64,000 nt of DNA from Candidatus Thorarchaeota archaeon (GTDB taxonomy: Archaea; Asgardarchaeota; Thorarchaeia; Thorarchaeales; Thorarchaeaceae): contig CAVSBO010000003.1 in assembly GCA_963726195.1 (NCBI GenBank), positions 128,001 to 192,000 of the forward strand, in the 5' to 3' direction. This document shows, one piece after another, positions 61,828-64,000 of the stretch; within the stretch, counting starts at the first letter, position 1; each line of letters starts with the position of its first letter. Under the pieces are notes generated by a model. It did not search any database. It was not told the origin of the DNA and saw only the letters and a list, made by a program, of their open reading frames with translations. Position numbers and translations under genes: made by a program.

Positions 61828-63141
61828 GTGAGCAGCACAGATTCTTTCGACATAATCGTTGTCGGTGCAGGCGTTGTAGGTTGTTCTACGGCATACTACC
61901 TTCAAAAGAACAATCCAACCAAGCGGATTCTCCTCTTAGACAAACTACCTGCTGCCGGGCAAGGAAACACGGCCATGAGCGCAGCAGCAGTGAGGAATAT
62001 GTTCGCGTCTTCCACGAACCAGCTCCTGACTGACAGCTCTATCAAGTTCATCGAAAACATACAGACAAAGCTAGGTTTTGACTTGACGTTTGAGAAGTGT
62101 GGCTATCTTTGGCTTATGAGTGACAAGCAATTCAATGATCCAAGTGTACAGATGTGGATGCAGAAAATGAAGGCATCAGGCATCAGATGGACTTTGTATG
62201 ATAAGAAGCAGCTCAAGAAGATGATACCTAGCTTGAACGTGGACTTCGCACGAGATGAAGAAGTTCAACTAATGCGCCTGCAAGAAGTGAGTTACGGACT
62301 ATTCGGTCCTGATTGTGGAGTACTCGATCCGACCAAGCTCGTTAGTTTCTATCTGCAAGAATTCTCCAAGATCTCTAAGGTTAAGCCAAAGTTCGGGACC
62401 GAGGTCACAGGGCTTTTGCTCGAAGCAGACCCGAAGCTAGACATGCCTGGCGAACCTTTCGTCTGGCAGAACAAGCGAGTGAACGGAGTGAAGACAAGTA
62501 GCGGGATCCTGCGAGCTGAGACGGTTGTTCTAGCAACTGATGCATGGAGCAACAAGCTTCTCGACCCGGTCGGATTCGACAGTGAGACCAAGGCAAAGAA
62601 GCGCCAGATGTTCGTGATACATGCGAGTGAAAAGAAGGCTCTCATGGACCTCCTGTATACCAAAGGCTTCAGCGACAAGGGTTGCATACCTTTCACAATA
62701 CTCCCATCTGCGGGAGTTTATTTCAGACCTCAGCTCCAGGAGAAGGGTTTCTGGGTCGGCTGTGCTGACAAGTTCGGAAGAGCATATGACTATGCCCAGC
62801 CGGAAAGCTACACCCCTGAGGCCGCGTACTATGAGAATAGTGTCTATCCCGTTTTAGCCAAGTACTTCCCCCTGTTCGAGGGAGCACGGCCTGTCAACAG
62901 CTGGGCGGGCGGCTACAACTACAGTCCCGATGCCATACCATTCGTCTACAAGGACAGCGGGTTTCTCGTTGTCAACGGAACAAGCGGAAGCGGTATCATG
63001 AAGTCTGATGCTGTTGCTCGCATAGCAGACGCACTGTATCGCGGGCAACAGGACGCGGAGCTCTTTGGCGGCAAGAAGATTCCAGCGAATTCCCTGAGTA
63101 TCAAAGAGCGCAAAGTTGAGATTGAAAGCGTCATCATTTAA
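61828..63141 (+). CDS. FAD-dependent oxidoreductase (DAO/sarcosine oxidase beta/proline dehydrogenase-like)
   Basis: IIVVGAGVVG, GNTAMSAA, WAGGY..SPDAIP, GSGIMK. Confidence 0.9.
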   Translation: MSSTDSFDIIVVGAGVVGCSTAYYLQKNNPTKRILLLDKLPAAGQGNTAMSAAAVRNMFASSTNQLLTDSSIKFIENIQTKLGFDLTFEKCGYLWLMSDKQFNDPSVQMWMQKMKASGIRWTLYDKKQLKKMIPSLNVDFARDEEVQLMRLQEVSYGLFGPDCGVLDPTKLVSFYLQEFSKISKVKPKFGTEVTGLLLEADPKLDMPGEPFVWQNKRVNGVKTSSGILRAETVVLATDAWSNKLLDPVGFDSETKAKKRQMFVIHASEKKALMDLLYTKGFSDKGCIPFTILPSAGVYFRPQLQEKGFWVGCADKFGRAYDYAQPESYTPEAAYYENSVYPVLAKYFPLFEGARPVNSWAGGYNYSPDAIPFVYKDSGFLVVNGTSGSGIMKSDAVARIADALYRGQQDAELFGGKKIPANSLSIKERKVEIESVII

Positions 63142-63199
63142 CTGAGACTTTCCAATCTAGGGGTTGTGGAATCCTTTTATCGAAGAGCAGATTCCGCAA

Positions 63200-63727
63200 A
63201 TGCAGGAGGTTCATTACTTGGACGCAATGGAGGCTCTGCTCACTAGAAGGAGCATAAGGAAGTACAGACAGGGCGATGTCCCAGACAGCGTGGTCAAGGA
63301 TGTCTTGACTGCGGCAATGAGCGCCCCATCAGCGGGCAACGAGCAGGCTTGGCAGTTCGTTGTCATTAGAGACCATCAGACTCTCGTCAAGATGGCAGAG
63401 ATCCATCAATACGCCCAGATGCTCAAGGAAGCTGCATTGGCCATCCTAGTCTGCGGCGACCTCTCGCTTCAGAAGTACAAGGACTGGTGGCCGCAGGACT
63501 GCTCAGCCGCGATGGAGAACCTGTTATTAGCCATCCACGCGAGCGGATTCTCATCGGTCTGGCTCGGAGTCTATCCGCGGCAAGAACGCATTGAGGGGCT
63601 CAGGAAACTGCTTGGTCTCCCGGAGCACGTGGTCCCGTTTGCGATTGCGCCCGTGGGGATCCCCGGTGAGAAGAAGGGCAAAGAGAACCGCTACACAGAA
63701 TCCAAAGTTCACCGCGACAAATGGTAG
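63200..63727 (+). CDS. Nitroreductase family protein
   Basis: TRRSIRKY, APSAGNEQAW, DCSAAMENLLLA, SVWLG. Confidence 0.92.
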   Translation: MQEVHYLDAMEALLTRRSIRKYRQGDVPDSVVKDVLTAAMSAPSAGNEQAWQFVVIRDHQTLVKMAEIHQYAQMLKEAALAILVCGDLSLQKYKDWWPQDCSAAMENLLLAIHASGFSSVWLGVYPRQERIEGLRKLLGLPEHVVPFAIAPVGIPGEKKGKENRYTESKVHRDKW

Positions 63728-63830
63728 CCTGAGCGGCATCTGTGCGGCGAATGTGACCTACTGGCCTCTGGGACGCAGATATATACGCCCGCACGATTAC
63801 AATAGGTGTTCATTCAGAGAGGATTGCGAC

Positions 63831-64000
63831 ATGACCTTCAAGAATCTGGGCCATTATCATGTCTGGGCCGGCGACAGAATGCGAGAAATGGTTGGCCAGC
63901 TAGATGACAAGGCCTATGCAAGAAGGATTCGCGGCAAGAGTGCGAAGGATTTGTGCCAGCACATTGTCTTGGCGCTTGAGACCTGTTTCTCTGTCGCAGA
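63831..64000 (+). CDS. DinB-family protein, 3'-partial
   Basis: GAGGA upstream; MTFKNLGHYHVWAGDRM...SAKDLCQHIV. Confidence 0.6.
   Translation, partial: MTFKNLGHYHVWAGDRMREMVGQLDDKAYARRIRGKSAKDLCQHIVLALETCFSVA

Noticed and set aside
1-64000. CRISPR array, rRNA or tRNA genes
   Set aside because: No regularly spaced 25-40-bp repeats or cloverleafs seen. T-loop-like strings (GGTTCGAGCCC at 50401, GTTCAAATCC at 47870) lie inside protein genes.

Overview
Gene-dense archaeal chromosomal window, most likely from an Asgard archaeon (Thorarchaeia-like; inferred from a single-domain gelsolin, LRR, HEAT and B-box-like proteins, a DUF106/EMC3 insertase, CofE, geranylgeranyl reductase and C-terminally anchored surface-protein paralogs). 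About 15 genes are split by single-base frameshifts, most likely uncorrected long-read errors, so I rejoined them. Metabolic genes include 4-hydroxybutyryl-CoA dehydratase, adenine deaminase, D-cysteine desulfhydrase, amidohydrolases, nucleoside phosphorylase, an FGGY kinase, pyroglutamyl peptidase, a DAO-family oxidoreductase and a nitroreductase. No rRNA, tRNA or CRISPR array was seen. Best leads: (1) a propeptide-less, stand-alone proteasome-beta-like Ntn hydrolase co-oriented with LysE and Pcp; (2) ten copies of GTA[A/C]ACG in the two spacers flanking a small unknown gene and the GGR gene; (3) a non-autonomous IS607 with internally deleted tnpA and RuvC-intact tnpB, inserted into a reconstructable hairpin; (4) a surface-protein paralog whose membrane anchor was displaced by an Ig-like cassette, leaving the old anchor stranded; (5) a PAS histidine kinase with a C-terminal CxxC thioredoxin-like domain beside a DsrE/Met-rich membrane protein/TusA cluster; (6) tandem Zn-ribbon/B-box membrane proteins. 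All family calls are from motif recognition by eye; no database searches were run.
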